Shown piece after piece: positions 41,297 to 51,490 of a DNA stretch of 64,000 bases. Origin of the DNA: Patescibacteria group bacterium (GTDB lineage: Bacteria > Patescibacteriota > Microgenomatia > Levybacterales > GWA1-39-11). The notes below the pieces were generated by a model, which was given only the letters and a program-made list of their open reading frames with translations, was not told where the DNA came from and did not search any database. A program made the translations under genes and the position numbers. Each line of letters opens with the position of its first letter. The first letter of the stretch is position 1. The stretch spans positions 2,596-66,595 of the forward strand of contig DASZRG010000021.1 of NCBI GenBank assembly GCA_035549295.1. Direction: 5' to 3'.

Positions 41297-44200
41297 TTAT
41301 TTATTAACGTTTCTTCGCTTCAGGAGCTTGATTACTACTGCTACCGTGGCTGCAAAGAGCAGTAAGAATCCAGCATATTCTAAATATTGCGGCATGTAGA
41401 CAATTAGTATCTGGGTGTTAGCGCTTAGGGGTTGGGTGTTAGAATTTATTTCCCAGGCGTTCTCCCACGAATTGAGCTCGACATGTGTTTTAATTTCACT
41501 CCCGAATATAAAGGGAAATGCCGCCGCGAGATTCTTCATTATTCCTTCTTCATTATTCTTTATTCGGTATGCATGCCATCCCGCATCATATGACTGCGCG
41601 AGTACCAAAATGCCGTTTGGATTGGGATTTTCGGCAAGATTTACGATATAAAGACTCTCATTTGGATGTGAGATATTATCTATTTTAAGATTGTTTTGAG
41701 TCGAGCTTGCTTTTGGAAGCCCGAGCGAGATATTTGTCAAGAAATTGTATGGAATAGGGTGGACCTCGAGCTTTTTGAGCGTATTTTGATTGATATCATG
41801 ACCTATCGAGCCATTGTCAAAATGGAATGAGTAGCCAAGGCCACCAGCTGCCGCTGGCGGCAAAACAAAGCTTTCAAGCCCAGCACCCGACAGGTATGTA
41901 TCTATTGGAGATGTTTTTTCGTCTTCGTTGAGTATCCAGAAATGAAATGGTCGACCCGCTATTTTGTCGGAATTAACAAAGACCGCATAGCCTTGATCTG
42001 AGAAAAGACTACCTAGATAAAATGACAAACATTCGGTTGTGTTTGCGGATCTTACCATTATTGCACCAGTGTTGTCAGTTGAGAGCGTATTTTGGCCATT
42101 TCTGAAGTTATTGCAGGCACTTGTTGTGGCATTTGATCCCTTCGTGTTAAGTGCGAAATAAGGGTCGTTTACGCGCGGTAGAACTACTGTAATTGTATGG
42201 GGGCCAGAGCTTATGGGCAATACAACGCTTTGATTTATACTTGTAGAAAGTGACTCAGGTGTTAGGTTTATCTCGTTTAAAATGTTTTTTGATGAAGCGA
42301 CAATTTGGTTGTTTTGCGCAAGTGATAGGACGGAGTCGCCTAGTAAGTCGCCTTGATTTTTGTCTTTTACAACAACTTGAGATACACCGTTAACATTTAT
42401 CACGACAGGGTATACTGCTTCGCGTGGCAAAGTTACAACAGGAACATTCAAGTCATGCTCGAGAATTGTTTTCCCATCAATCGTAATTTTTGGTACGGAG
42501 ATCGAAGCTGTAAGTAGAATATTGCCTTTACTATCAATGCTTTTATAAAAAGTGACAGGAATATTTTTTTCGAGATTTTGGTAGTTTGGTATCACGATTT
42601 GCGAGGCATTTTTTAGGATAAGGTTTGTTGAAACTGTTATATTCTTGTCGTTTTCCGTGACCTTAAAATCATTGTCTGTTTGTTTTTCAGAAAATAGCGA
42701 CCCGAATGGATATACTAGGCAGTCTTGAGTTTTTGCACAGTCCGAATTTATATAATTACCAAGAGTTGAGTAGGCCGGATCTATTGTTTTCCAAAAAGGA
42801 ATATCAACATTTTGCAGGTCAGTTGTGGTAGATGAGACAAAAGATTTTGGATTACTTTTGAGAGCATATCTGTATATTTTTATTTTTCCAAACTGTGCTG
42901 CAAGTCTGATACCGGGAATTTCAGAGATCAATTTTTCAGTCTCAGGATACATTAGGCTTTTGGCGGAGGCTGGGTATATGACGTTTTCATCAAGAAGTAA
43001 CCAAGTTGCCTGGTATTTATCAAGGATATTTTGAAGCCGTATTGGATCCCTTGAGTATAGGGCGCTTGATGCCTCCCAGTAGTAATTTTCAGAAGTAGCA
43101 GACCAGACATCAAAAGCGCGGTCAAGAATAGGCTGTTTTATTCCATACCAAATAAAACCAGATCCACCCATTCCGTATCCGTAGTTGGTCCATCCCCAAA
43201 ATGTAGGTTGTGGTAGGTTGGCAATACGCGTTGCCTGGTCTTGATGCTTGAAGAAGTCAAATGTTCTGAAATACTCATTGGGTATTGCTAGTCGCTCTTT
43301 GTTGTAGAAAAGATTGCCGGTGAAGATGGGCCAGGAGATAAAGATGATTAATGAATAAAGAATAATGAAGAACGAATAATGATATCTCTTCTTGATTCTT
43401 GATTCCTGATTCTTGATTCCTTGATATATCTCCTGTGATCCTATTGCGAGCATCAGTGAATATGCGAGGCCTGCCATAAGCGAGAATTTGGTGAATGGGA
43501 AGCGGAAGACTTGGGAAAATAGGGGTATTTTTTGAAACAGTGCAAAAACTATTGAGAATGGAAACGCATCGGTTGCGAGCATAGTAAATCCGAAAGTAAA
43601 CAAGGAAATAGTAAATAGTAAATAGTCACTAGTTTTCTTCCGTTCGCGCTTTCTGAACAAATTCCAAATGGGAATTAACATTATGATAAATAAAAGATAA
43701 CCGGAGAGGGTTACGAGGGGATTTGCGAAGTGGGAACGCCATGGGGCGAGCATAAACATGTTATTTCCATTGATGTCAGGATCGACGTTGTTGAACCAAA
43801 ATCCTTTAAGAAGTGGAGTATCAAGCAAGTTGCCAAACTCTTTATTTTGCTCAAAAATATTGGCGGTTGCCATCTGATTGATCTTAGCGTTGACGTTGAC
43901 CCGAGAGTTTTGAAGGGTAAAAAGAGCAAATGGCGCGAGCCAATATGCGTTTACCACAAGAAGCGTCAGGAGAATAATAAGCGATCTTTTAAATATTTCG
44001 ATGCGATTTTTGTTTGTCAATAGTTTGACGAAACATAAGAGCGCGATAACCATGCAAGTTACGACAAAAATAGTTGGTACATAAAATGATGGGATTGAGA
44101 GCACGAAAACGACAAACATGAAGGCAAAAGTCTTTTTTTCAGGCTTTTGCATGTATTTTGCAACGGATAAAATGATCCATGGAAGCGCGGCAAAGTGAGC

Positions 44201-44695
44201 ACTAAAAGTCTCAAAAATTACAAAATATGACTGGGCGGTTGATATATTTAGCGTATAGAAGAGGGAAGCGATAAGGGCGGGGATCTGATAACTGACTACT
44301 GATCCCCCTTCGCCAAGGCTTCGGGGGACTGGCATATTTTTATCTTGTTTGAGTAAAAAATATGCCAGAAAATATGCGCCCACGCCGCCTATGAAGAGTG
44401 TTAAAAATGTCCAGAAATAGCGTAAAGTTGAGTTTGGAAGAATGAATGCTGCTGTGAGAAGTACCACTTGATGAAGCAGATCTGTTGCGTGCCCCATGCC
44501 GCCAAGAAGTCCCAAAGATTGATACTCTTGCCACACGGCAAAAATAGAACGGCCAATATTAGCGCTGAAATTTAATTCCGGCATGAGGTTGTCCCACCCC
44601 GTGAGATATGTGTTAGGTTTGTAATTGGTTGCGACGATTGCGATGTTGAGCGCGAGAATGACCGCGATAGGCCAGTATCTGCGAAATAACTTCAT
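41297..44695 (-). CDS. Large multi-TM membrane protein (GT-C/YfhO-like)
   Basis: About 12 TM; FRFPFTKF; LAQSYDAGW near the C-terminus. Confidence 0.75.
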   Translation of the reverse strand: MKLFRRYWPIAVILALNIAIVATNYKPNTYLTGWDNLMPELNFSANIGRSIFAVWQEYQSLGLLGGMGHATDLLHQVVLLTAAFILPNSTLRYFWTFLTLFIGGVGAYFLAYFLLKQDKNMPVPRSLGEGGSVVSYQIPALIASLFYTLNISTAQSYFVIFETFSAHFAALPWIILSVAKYMQKPEKKTFAFMFVVFVLSIPSFYVPTIFVVTCMVIALLCFVKLLTNKNRIEIFKRSLIILLTLLVVNAYWLAPFALFTLQNSRVNVNAKINQMATANIFEQNKEFGNLLDTPLLKGFWFNNVDPDINGNNMFMLAPWRSHFANPLVTLSGYLLFIIMLIPIWNLFRKRERKKTSDYLLFTISLFTFGFTMLATDAFPFSIVFALFQKIPLFSQVFRFPFTKFSLMAGLAYSLMLAIGSQEIYQGIKNQESRIKKRYHYSFFIILYSLIIFISWPIFTGNLFYNKERLAIPNEYFRTFDFFKHQDQATRIANLPQPTFWGWTNYGYGMGGSGFIWYGIKQPILDRAFDVWSATSENYYWEASSALYSRDPIRLQNILDKYQATWLLLDENVIYPASAKSLMYPETEKLISEIPGIRLAAQFGKIKIYRYALKSNPKSFVSSTTTDLQNVDIPFWKTIDPAYSTLGNYINSDCAKTQDCLVYPFGSLFSEKQTDNDFKVTENDKNITVSTNLILKNASQIVIPNYQNLEKNIPVTFYKSIDSKGNILLTASISVPKITIDGKTILEHDLNVPVVTLPREAVYPVVINVNGVSQVVVKDKNQGDLLGDSVLSLAQNNQIVASSKNILNEINLTPESLSTSINQSVVLPISSGPHTITVVLPRVNDPYFALNTKGSNATTSACNNFRNGQNTLSTDNTGAIMVRSANTTECLSFYLGSLFSDQGYAVFVNSDKIAGRPFHFWILNEDEKTSPIDTYLSGAGLESFVLPPAAAGGLGYSFHFDNGSIGHDINQNTLKKLEVHPIPYNFLTNISLGLPKASSTQNNLKIDNISHPNESLYIVNLAENPNPNGILVLAQSYDAGWHAYRIKNNEEGIMKNLAAAFPFIFGSEIKTHVELNSWENAWEINSNTQPLSANTQILIVYMPQYLEYAGFLLLFAATVAVVIKLLKRRNVNK

Positions 44696-44908
44696 GATAC
44701 TTTATTTTATCCCGAATAGGCTGCCGGAAGCAAAGAGGTCTAGGAGTAAGGTCTAATAAGCAAATATGCAAATGATAAAGTTCAAATGAATTCCAAATTG
44801 TTAAATCTATAAATTATAAATATACACTTATTCATTATTCATTCTTAAATTCATTTGCTTATTTGAACTTTGCTTATTTGTAGTATTAGACAAGGTATAC
44901 CCTTCGGC

Positions 44909-46147
44909 TTATAGGCTTTTCGAGAACTGGTATGCGAGGCGGCGGTATGAGCGTTCCTGTGAAGTCGATTTTTCTGCTTCTTCTTTTATGAATTTATATA
45001 TTTTTGTATTGAGCTCTTGTGGAAGAAGCGAGACAGCAACAGTTTGTGCAAGAGTATATGCTATGCCGACTGGACTTGGCTTGTATTCATGAAATACTAC
45101 ACCGCGAACACGTGATAGAAGAGTTAGGAAAAATGATCTTCTATAGTTTTTGAGCGATGAATTATTCCCATGTATGCGGTAGAGCAGTAGATAGTCTGGT
45201 AGATTCTCCACGCGACCATATTTGAAGAGTTTAAATAGAAATTCAACGTCTTCAACTGGGGATAAATCATGGTCATAATACTCAAGATTGTGCGGAAGGC
45301 GTTTTCTTGCAATCATAAATGTCGGCTGTTGTGCAGGACAGAATTTGAAGATGTATGAATAAACATCGTCAAACGCTGTAGGGAATTTTTTCTCACCTGT
45401 TATTTTTCCTTTAGCATCTATGATGAGACACTGGGCACCTACAGCAACTGTTTTAGGATGAGTTCTGAGATACTCAATTTGCTTTTCAAATCTATTTGGA
45501 AGTGAGACATCGTCAGCATCCATACGGGCTATAAAGTCACCACGAGCCATTTTAATTGCTCGATTCACAGTCTTTGCTTGTTTTACGTTGCGCTCATTTT
45601 GAAATGCACGAATCTTGTTAGGGTATTTTTTTGCAAATTTTTGGACTATTTCCCATGAGTTATCAGTTGATGCATCATCAATAATGATGAATTCAAAGTC
45701 TTTGAATGTTTGTTTGAGAATCGAATTAATAGATTGTTTGAGAAACGGCGCAGCGTTGTATACGGGCATAACAACAGAGAGAGTAGGTGGGCGATTTTCT
45801 TTTTCCTTCTCAAGTCTCTTTTGGAGTCTTGAGAGCTTTGTGTCGAGGTCTGAAAGATCTGACTTGACGATAATATTTAGCTTTGAAGTGGAGTATTTGA
45901 GACCGACTGCGCCTGCTTTTTTGTGGCCAAGCTTGTTTTTGTAAGACACAAAAGAGACTGGAAGGCTCGACTCACCTGAAAGATTGGAGAGTGTTTCAAA
46001 TGTCCTATCAGGCGATCCATCGTCAACAAATATGATCTGTGCGAGCTTTAGGCCACGACCTATCTTCACCTTTTCAAGGCTTGCAAATGTATCTTTTAAT
46101 GTTTTCTCACCCCTGTAAATTGGGATAATGATTGATAAATTCTTCAT
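44909..46147 (-). CDS. Glycosyltransferase family 2 (partial + full GT2 domain)
   Basis: SIIIP/VDDGS, then SVVMPVYN, IDDASTD, RMDADD, ED. Confidence 0.92.
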   Translation of the reverse strand: MKNLSIIIPIYRGEKTLKDTFASLEKVKIGRGLKLAQIIFVDDGSPDRTFETLSNLSGESSLPVSFVSYKNKLGHKKAGAVGLKYSTSKLNIIVKSDLSDLDTKLSRLQKRLEKEKENRPPTLSVVMPVYNAAPFLKQSINSILKQTFKDFEFIIIDDASTDNSWEIVQKFAKKYPNKIRAFQNERNVKQAKTVNRAIKMARGDFIARMDADDVSLPNRFEKQIEYLRTHPKTVAVGAQCLIIDAKGKITGEKKFPTAFDDVYSYIFKFCPAQQPTFMIARKRLPHNLEYYDHDLSPVEDVEFLFKLFKYGRVENLPDYLLLYRIHGNNSSLKNYRRSFFLTLLSRVRGVVFHEYKPSPVGIAYTLAQTVAVSLLPQELNTKIYKFIKEEAEKSTSQERSYRRLAYQFSKSL

Positions 46148-46262
46148 ATTATTCGGAAAACTCAGAAAACTCAGAAAGTCAGATTTATCAGACTTTCATA
46201 TCTTCTGAGTACTCTAAAACCGACAAGATTGCTCTTACAAGCTTTAGGGTTGGTATACAGCG

Positions 46263-46595
46263 GTGTTAGTCTCATGAGTGAGAGGCTTGTCGAATCGACA
46301 AACTTAACTCAAAAATGAGAAACACCTGACAGGCACTTAATCGTAATCGATCACTCTTGTTCCACAGCGAATGTGGCGTAGAATGATGAAAACTCATAAG
46401 TTTTCTGCAATAGACAAATTTGCCTAACCAACCCCAATCAGTCATTACGTGACTAGCGTCCAATTAATGGCCCTACCTTGTATGGCTGACAAATGTCAGA
46501 CATAGCCTATGTGCAAGCAATTTCAGCTTCAAGGTCATAGGTTTGAAGTACGTCCCCGCGACGTGTTGGTTATGTAAAGTAGCTCTGAACGGCGC
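46263..46595 (-). ncRNA. Candidate structured RNA at the 3' end of cassette C
   Basis: About 330 nt with >10 short hairpins and enclosing helices (taaccaac/gttggtta; ggtgtttctca/tgagactaacacc); no convincing ORF. Confidence 0.5.
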
Positions 46596-46598
46596 TCC

Positions 46599-46808
46599 CT
46601 ATTTGCCGTAGAAATGATGCATAGCATCATTGTTTGCCGAAAGTACCGCAACCGCGATAATGATAACCGCGAAAATTGCGATGACGCCGATCATGATGAG
46701 ACCGAAGTACAAAGTACCGTTCTCCTCATCGTGTCGCTTGACGTTTTCCAAACGCTCGGCAATGCGCTGGAAAATATCGATGGCGAGGTGGAGGTGCATG
46801 ATTGTCAC
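46599..46808 (-). CDS. Small single-TM protein
   Basis: Hydrophobic helix; coupled to the upstream stop; AAGGGGTG SD (start may be 46799). Confidence 0.6.
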   Translation of the reverse strand: MTIMHLHLAIDIFQRIAERLENVKRHDEENGTLYFGLIMIGVIAIFAVIIIAVAVLSANNDAMHHFYGK

Positions 46809-48256
46809 CCCTTATAGCTATCGCACCAGGCGATGGCTCCGTTGACTCCGAGTGAGACGCCAGGCGGAAGGCCAGGGTTGTGCTCATACGGAGCTTGAGT
46901 GTTGATCGTCCACGTGGGGTCACCATGAATGGTGGCCGGACCGGTGAGTTTCCACTCGCTTTGGTTTCCAGTTGCCTGCCAATTGCCACCCAAAATACCA
47001 TTCGGATTGCAATTGCCGCTCGGTGGAGCTGGCGGCTGATATGCCGGCGGAGGCGGTGGTGCAGCGGGTGCCCCACCTTGGGCGACGCAAACTGCGTGAC
47101 CCTTGTCGACACTCTCTCCCCTGGAGGGGAAGAAAACGCCGGGATTTCGAATCTCTACGTTACCGTTGAGACCCGTGATATAGCAGGGCTGACCGACCGA
47201 CGGTGCGTTGTAAACAACACCGTTCACGACGATCGTTGTGCCATCGGCACAGCCGTTCGTCATGTAGATCGGTGCGCCGTTGTTGAGCGCTCGGGTCCCT
47301 CCGCAGAGTGAATCGTCAGTTGACGGTGCTGCGGCAGCCTGTGGCTGACAGCGGTCTCGACCGGCTTCTCCCCAGGCTGGGAAGAAGACGCCGGCGTTGA
47401 CGATCACGGTGCTACCGGTGATGCCCGTGAGTAAACACGAGGCTCCACCTGCACCGTATGTTACGCCGTCAACGACGATCTGGGTGCCGTTGGCGCAACC
47501 GTTTGTTAGGTAGATAGGTCCGCCGCCGTTCGGTACCCGGTTGGGGGTTCCGCCGCAGACAGACGAATCGTTAATGGCGCTACTGGTTGACTGCGAGCTG
47601 CTCGATCCGCCACCAACAGGTGACTTAAAGATGCAGTTCGCAAGGAACCATGACCGCTCGCCCGGCGATCGGTAGTCTGTACCTCGGATGGAGGCGCAGT
47701 CCGTTCGATCAGGTGGAGGCGGTGGTGCCGGCGGTGGAGGCGGTGGCGGTGCTGGCGCTTGTACGACTTGTGCCGCAGGCGGCTGTTGAACCGACTGTGA
47801 CTGGGTCGAGCGACCAGAATCACCACATTTGCTCATCGCCTTGATGAGAAAGTCCTGCGGGGCCCAGTGATTGTCGAGCGCTTGCTGCAAGCGGAAGCAC
47901 TCTTGATCATGAGCCATTGAGCTTGGGACAATCTCGGCGAATCCGTCGAGGATGTCCACCTTGTAGGTCTTGCCGGCCTTGTAGAACCGGTAAGGATCCT
48001 TTGTGCTCCCGCCTACCTTGTAGGCGCCGACGATGCCGACTTCACCAGGACGAACCTGAAGAAGCCAACAGCGTTCATTGCCTTTGCCCGTCTGGGCATA
48101 GTCGTGGTTGTTGCCGTCTACATCGAGCGTGCTTTCCCACTTGGGGAAAGTGTACGTGCAGTCGGCGTGCGCTATCGTTGTGATACCTGAAGGCTGTACG
48201 CCCAGGAACACCGCAACGACAATCGCGATGAGCAGTGAGCTAATGAGTTGCCTCAC
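46805..48256 (-). CDS. Secreted Cys/Pro-rich multidomain protein
   Basis: GTG after GGGGGAG; signal peptide AHA; poly-Pro; DRTDCASIRGTDYRSPGERSWFLANC motif; two internal repeats. Confidence 0.75.
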   Translation of the reverse strand: MRQLISSLLIAIVVAVFLGVQPSGITTIAHADCTYTFPKWESTLDVDGNNHDYAQTGKGNERCWLLQVRPGEVGIVGAYKVGGSTKDPYRFYKAGKTYKVDILDGFAEIVPSSMAHDQECFRLQQALDNHWAPQDFLIKAMSKCGDSGRSTQSQSVQQPPAAQVVQAPAPPPPPPPAPPPPPDRTDCASIRGTDYRSPGERSWFLANCIFKSPVGGGSSSSQSTSSAINDSSVCGGTPNRVPNGGGPIYLTNGCANGTQIVVDGVTYGAGGASCLLTGITGSTVIVNAGVFFPAWGEAGRDRCQPQAAAAPSTDDSLCGGTRALNNGAPIYMTNGCADGTTIVVNGVVYNAPSVGQPCYITGLNGNVEIRNPGVFFPSRGESVDKGHAVCVAQGGAPAAPPPPPAYQPPAPPSGNCNPNGILGGNWQATGNQSEWKLTGPATIHGDPTWTINTQAPYEHNPGLPPGVSLGVNGAIAWCDSYKG

Positions 48257-48400
48257 AGCTCCCCCTTTCTCTAGGCTTATTAGCCTGTGAATTTTAGGGG
48301 AGGGGAAGTTTTGCACTTACGTGCGCATCTTCCCGCTCCCGCAGAATCGGTCCGGTTCACAGCACCAGGAGGAGATGATGTTCTCCGGACCAGGTGTTGG

Positions 48401-49141
48401 CTAAGTGCCGCAGTTTGGGTCCTTGCCGTCGGGCGCAACGAGGTTGCGTGACGCCCAGTGGTTGTTAGGGTCCCGGTGCTGACGCAGACGCGTGCAGTAC
48501 TCGTCGTAGGCGCGGTCATTCGCGACGATCTTGTAAAAGCCGTCGACGACCGTGCCCTTGAAGTGACCACGGTACGAGAAGATGAAGCCATCGTTCCGGT
48601 TGTTGCTCGGGTTGAGGTCGTCGATCAGCGTAACGCCGCCGACGATCATGGTGTATCCGGGCTTGATCTCAATGTCCCAAGACTTCGGCTGGCCGATGCC
48701 AGTGTCGTCGTATCCAGGGACGCCGAGGTTCGGGTCGACAGCCTGAGTGCGAGAGTCGAACGAGCGCCCGTCGAGCAAGGAGTCGGTGATCGGGCCAGCA
48801 AGGCCAGTACCGGTCGCTGCTGATGCGGGTGCACTACGTGACGTGTTGACGGAACCGTTGTTGGACTGGCTACCAGGCGACGTGCGGCCGTTGTCGACGG
48901 CTGTCGTGTAATCAGTACTAGGACCTGACTGGTTGCCAGGCGAGTTAGTATTGATTGTCGTGCCGCCGCCGGGGTTAGCCGGAGGCTGCTGGACGACCGT
49001 GGTGACCGGCTGGCAGACGTTGTTCACGTTCTGCGTACCGGCACCACAGTGCAGCTTGGACGACGACGAGTTACCGTTACCGCACCCGACCAAGAAGATC
49101 GAGAGCAGCAGAGCGGCGATAGGGAGGATGAACTTCCTCAT
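48401..49141 (-). CDS. Predicted lipoprotein
   Basis: Lipobox LVGC; AGGAG SD; DGF..IV...C.RL.Q...NHWA domain shared with 46805. Confidence 0.8.
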   Translation of the reverse strand: MRKFILPIAALLLSIFLVGCGNGNSSSSKLHCGAGTQNVNNVCQPVTTVVQQPPANPGGGTTINTNSPGNQSGPSTDYTTAVDNGRTSPGSQSNNGSVNTSRSAPASAATGTGLAGPITDSLLDGRSFDSRTQAVDPNLGVPGYDDTGIGQPKSWDIEIKPGYTMIVGGVTLIDDLNPSNNRNDGFIFSYRGHFKGTVVDGFYKIVANDRAYDEYCTRLRQHRDPNNHWASRNLVAPDGKDPNCGT

Positions 49142-49216
49142 CTTGCGACTCCTACATTAAATAGATGCCAGGAAATGGTTCCTGCAACCGCTAAGTGCGC
49201 ATTTCGCGCGATGTTG

Positions 49217-50125
49217 TTAGGGGTGTGCCGGAGCCGGGTTGAGCCGATTGTGAGCGCTCTGGCCGACGAGTACGAATGCTACGAGAGCAAGTACGAACTC
49301 GATCCAGATGACCACGTCGGACAACCCTGCGTTGAAGTCCGCCGAGTTGAGAACGGGCGGGTTCAGCTGCGATACGACGCAGAAGACTACAAACACGATA
49401 TTGAGAGTCAGAAGACCTGCAACGTAGTGCCTCAGGCTCTCCTGATGGGGAGCCCTGATGATCTGGTGCGTAACGACCAACAGAAAGAGCAGGATCGCCG
49501 AGAAGACGATCGCAACGATGAGCGCCTGAAGGGCGCCGATCAGCTGGATGTTATCGTCGTGCATGACGGTCATAATGCCGCCGAAGCACTCGGACACTGC
49601 CGCCAGCATGGCGATAACGCCAAGCATGCTCATGAGGATGTCCCCCATGTGGCGGATGAAACCGTTGTGGTGCTGGGCCGGGGCCTGTGCGGGCTGCGCC
49701 TGCTGGTTGTTGCCAGCGGCCTGCTGAGCGGGCTGGTTGACGATGGTCAAGATGGCCGGGTCGATGGGTCCGTTCAGATTGCGCGTCTGCCGCAAAGTGT
49801 TGTCGATTTCGTTCCGCATCTGAGCGATGCTCATAGTTGCGGGCGGGTTGATGCCGATCAGCTGGTAGATCAACATGATCTGACCATCCGTCAGGCCGTT
49901 CAGACCGTGGATGAGGTCCAATACGGTGTTCAAAGTTTCTCCTCCAAGAGCTAACTGGTGGGTTCCATGGCGAGTGCCTTGGGTGCCCGGTACTGTTTGA
50001 AACCTCGTTCGATCAACGCGGTGGACTCTGGGATCGCTGTTCCAAAGCTTGTTTCTTCTCCTGTTGTAAAAGTAAATGATTCCGAAGATTGCAATCATGA
50101 TGACTACAATTCTTTTAAAATTCAC
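49217..50125 (-). CDS. Membrane protein (N-terminal TM + 4 TM)
   Basis: AAGGAGG SD before GTG. Confidence 0.75.
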   Translation of the reverse strand: MNFKRIVVIMIAIFGIIYFYNRRRNKLWNSDPRVHRVDRTRFQTVPGTQGTRHGTHQLALGGETLNTVLDLIHGLNGLTDGQIMLIYQLIGINPPATMSIAQMRNEIDNTLRQTRNLNGPIDPAILTIVNQPAQQAAGNNQQAQPAQAPAQHHNGFIRHMGDILMSMLGVIAMLAAVSECFGGIMTVMHDDNIQLIGALQALIVAIVFSAILLFLLVVTHQIIRAPHQESLRHYVAGLLTLNIVFVVFCVVSQLNPPVLNSADFNAGLSDVVIWIEFVLALVAFVLVGQSAHNRLNPAPAHP

Positions 50126-50622
50126 CTACGCCTCCTTTCTATGACGTGGAGATCGCGCACTGTGTGCAGTTTCATACAACAGTACGCGGTGCCCACGCCA
50201 TAGTAGAGTAGGAAAAAATCCCAATTCGCACGCTGGCGAATCGAGTTGCCCTCCTTCACGTAAAGTTTCGGAGGATTGCAACCCCGCTAAGCGGGGTTTT
50301 GTCTATTAGAATTTTGTTATCCTTCGTCGTTTTAATATAGTTATTCACTATATATAAGTAAGCCGACTACGCAGATAAATAAATTCGCTGTATACCTTTG
50401 TTAAAGAACAAACTAGAGACTAGATATTAGAAACTAGATACTAGATCTGCTTATTGATCTGTTTAAGTCCAGAGTACCTAACTCTAGGGACCGTCCTTAA
50501 TTAAGGCCGGAGATAGTGGTTTCAGGGATCTAAAGATTGGTTAGAGGATTTGTTGTGGAGATTTTTGAAACTGCCTGAAACTGCTTTCTCCTTACTTAAT
50601 TCCTGCTCAGCAGGACTTTATT

Positions 50623-51324
50623 TTAATTTGTTTTTCGTCTTAGGAAGTATCCAAGTGAACCGCTTCCAATGAGTCCGAAAAGGATATCAGTCTCAGGACC
50701 GGTTGATGGAATTGTAGTAATAGTTGGTTTTGACAAAATAGGTGTGTTATTTGTCGTTGTTGTAGTTGTTGTTGTGCCAGGAATTGATTTTTCAATACAA
50801 AGCTGTGCATTATCAGATGCTTGTGTACCATCGTTTGCAGTTGCAACAACGTTGTTAGTAACACAAGTTATAGCTTGGTTGTTTGGAAGGTTACCTGCAT
50901 CTGCTGTCTTTGCAGTTATAAGGAAATCGAGTGTTTGACCAGCTGTAATTTTACCAATTGTGAAATTGATTTGTGATGCACCAACATTAGTGTTGCCAAC
51001 ACCAGCAACGAAAGTAAGGTATTGTGGGAAATTATCAACAACGTTAAGATTGTCAATTTCTGTGTTACCAGTATTAGTAATAGAAATTTTAAATGTAACG
51101 TTTGTTGATGGGTTATAACGTGGGTCGTTGATAGTAAGGTTATCAACGTAGTTATTTGTTCCAGGTTTTTGGACTAATTTGTTGATAGTAAATTTGAGGT
51201 TGTTTTGACAAACTTGTCCGCCACCGTAAATTGGTTGACAATTTGATTCACCAGAAGCAAATGCAGAAGTTGCAACGCTTCCGAAAAGAACTACTGAAAG
51301 TAACACTGCAATAATTTTATTCAT
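50623..51324 (-). CDS. DUF11-like surface protein with IPSTG anchor
   Basis: VTFKISITNTG...VVDNFP; Thr linker; IPSTG-TM-RRK; promoter TTGACA-17-TAGAAT at 51385-51357. Confidence 0.8.
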   Translation of the reverse strand: MNKIIAVLLSVVLFGSVATSAFASGESNCQPIYGGGQVCQNNLKFTINKLVQKPGTNNYVDNLTINDPRYNPSTNVTFKISITNTGNTEIDNLNVVDNFPQYLTFVAGVGNTNVGASQINFTIGKITAGQTLDFLITAKTADAGNLPNNQAITCVTNNVVATANDGTQASDNAQLCIEKSIPGTTTTTTTTNNTPILSKPTITTIPSTGPETDILFGLIGSGSLGYFLRRKTN

Positions 51325-51490
51325 GTATCTTTCGGCATTAAAAATGCCAATTCAGGATTCTATCATACTATTGATGGTTTGTCAAGCCCATAGTATATCT
51401 TGATAAGTATCAAGAGTATCAAAAGTACCAAGGGTATCAAGAGTATGTAAAAGAAGTGAAAGAATTTGTGGAATCCTGTAAGATATTAGT

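Larger units (their letters stand above)
46252..50410 (-). other. boxA/terminal-stem cassette C
   Basis: TGTTCTTTAACAA (50410-50398); GGTATACAGCG (50396-50386) pairs with CGCTGTATACC (46262-46252). Confidence 0.85.

Noticed and set aside
49049-49954. 301-aa plus-strand ORF and other antisense ORFs in GC-rich cassettes
   Set aside because: Shadow frames of SD-led minus-strand genes.
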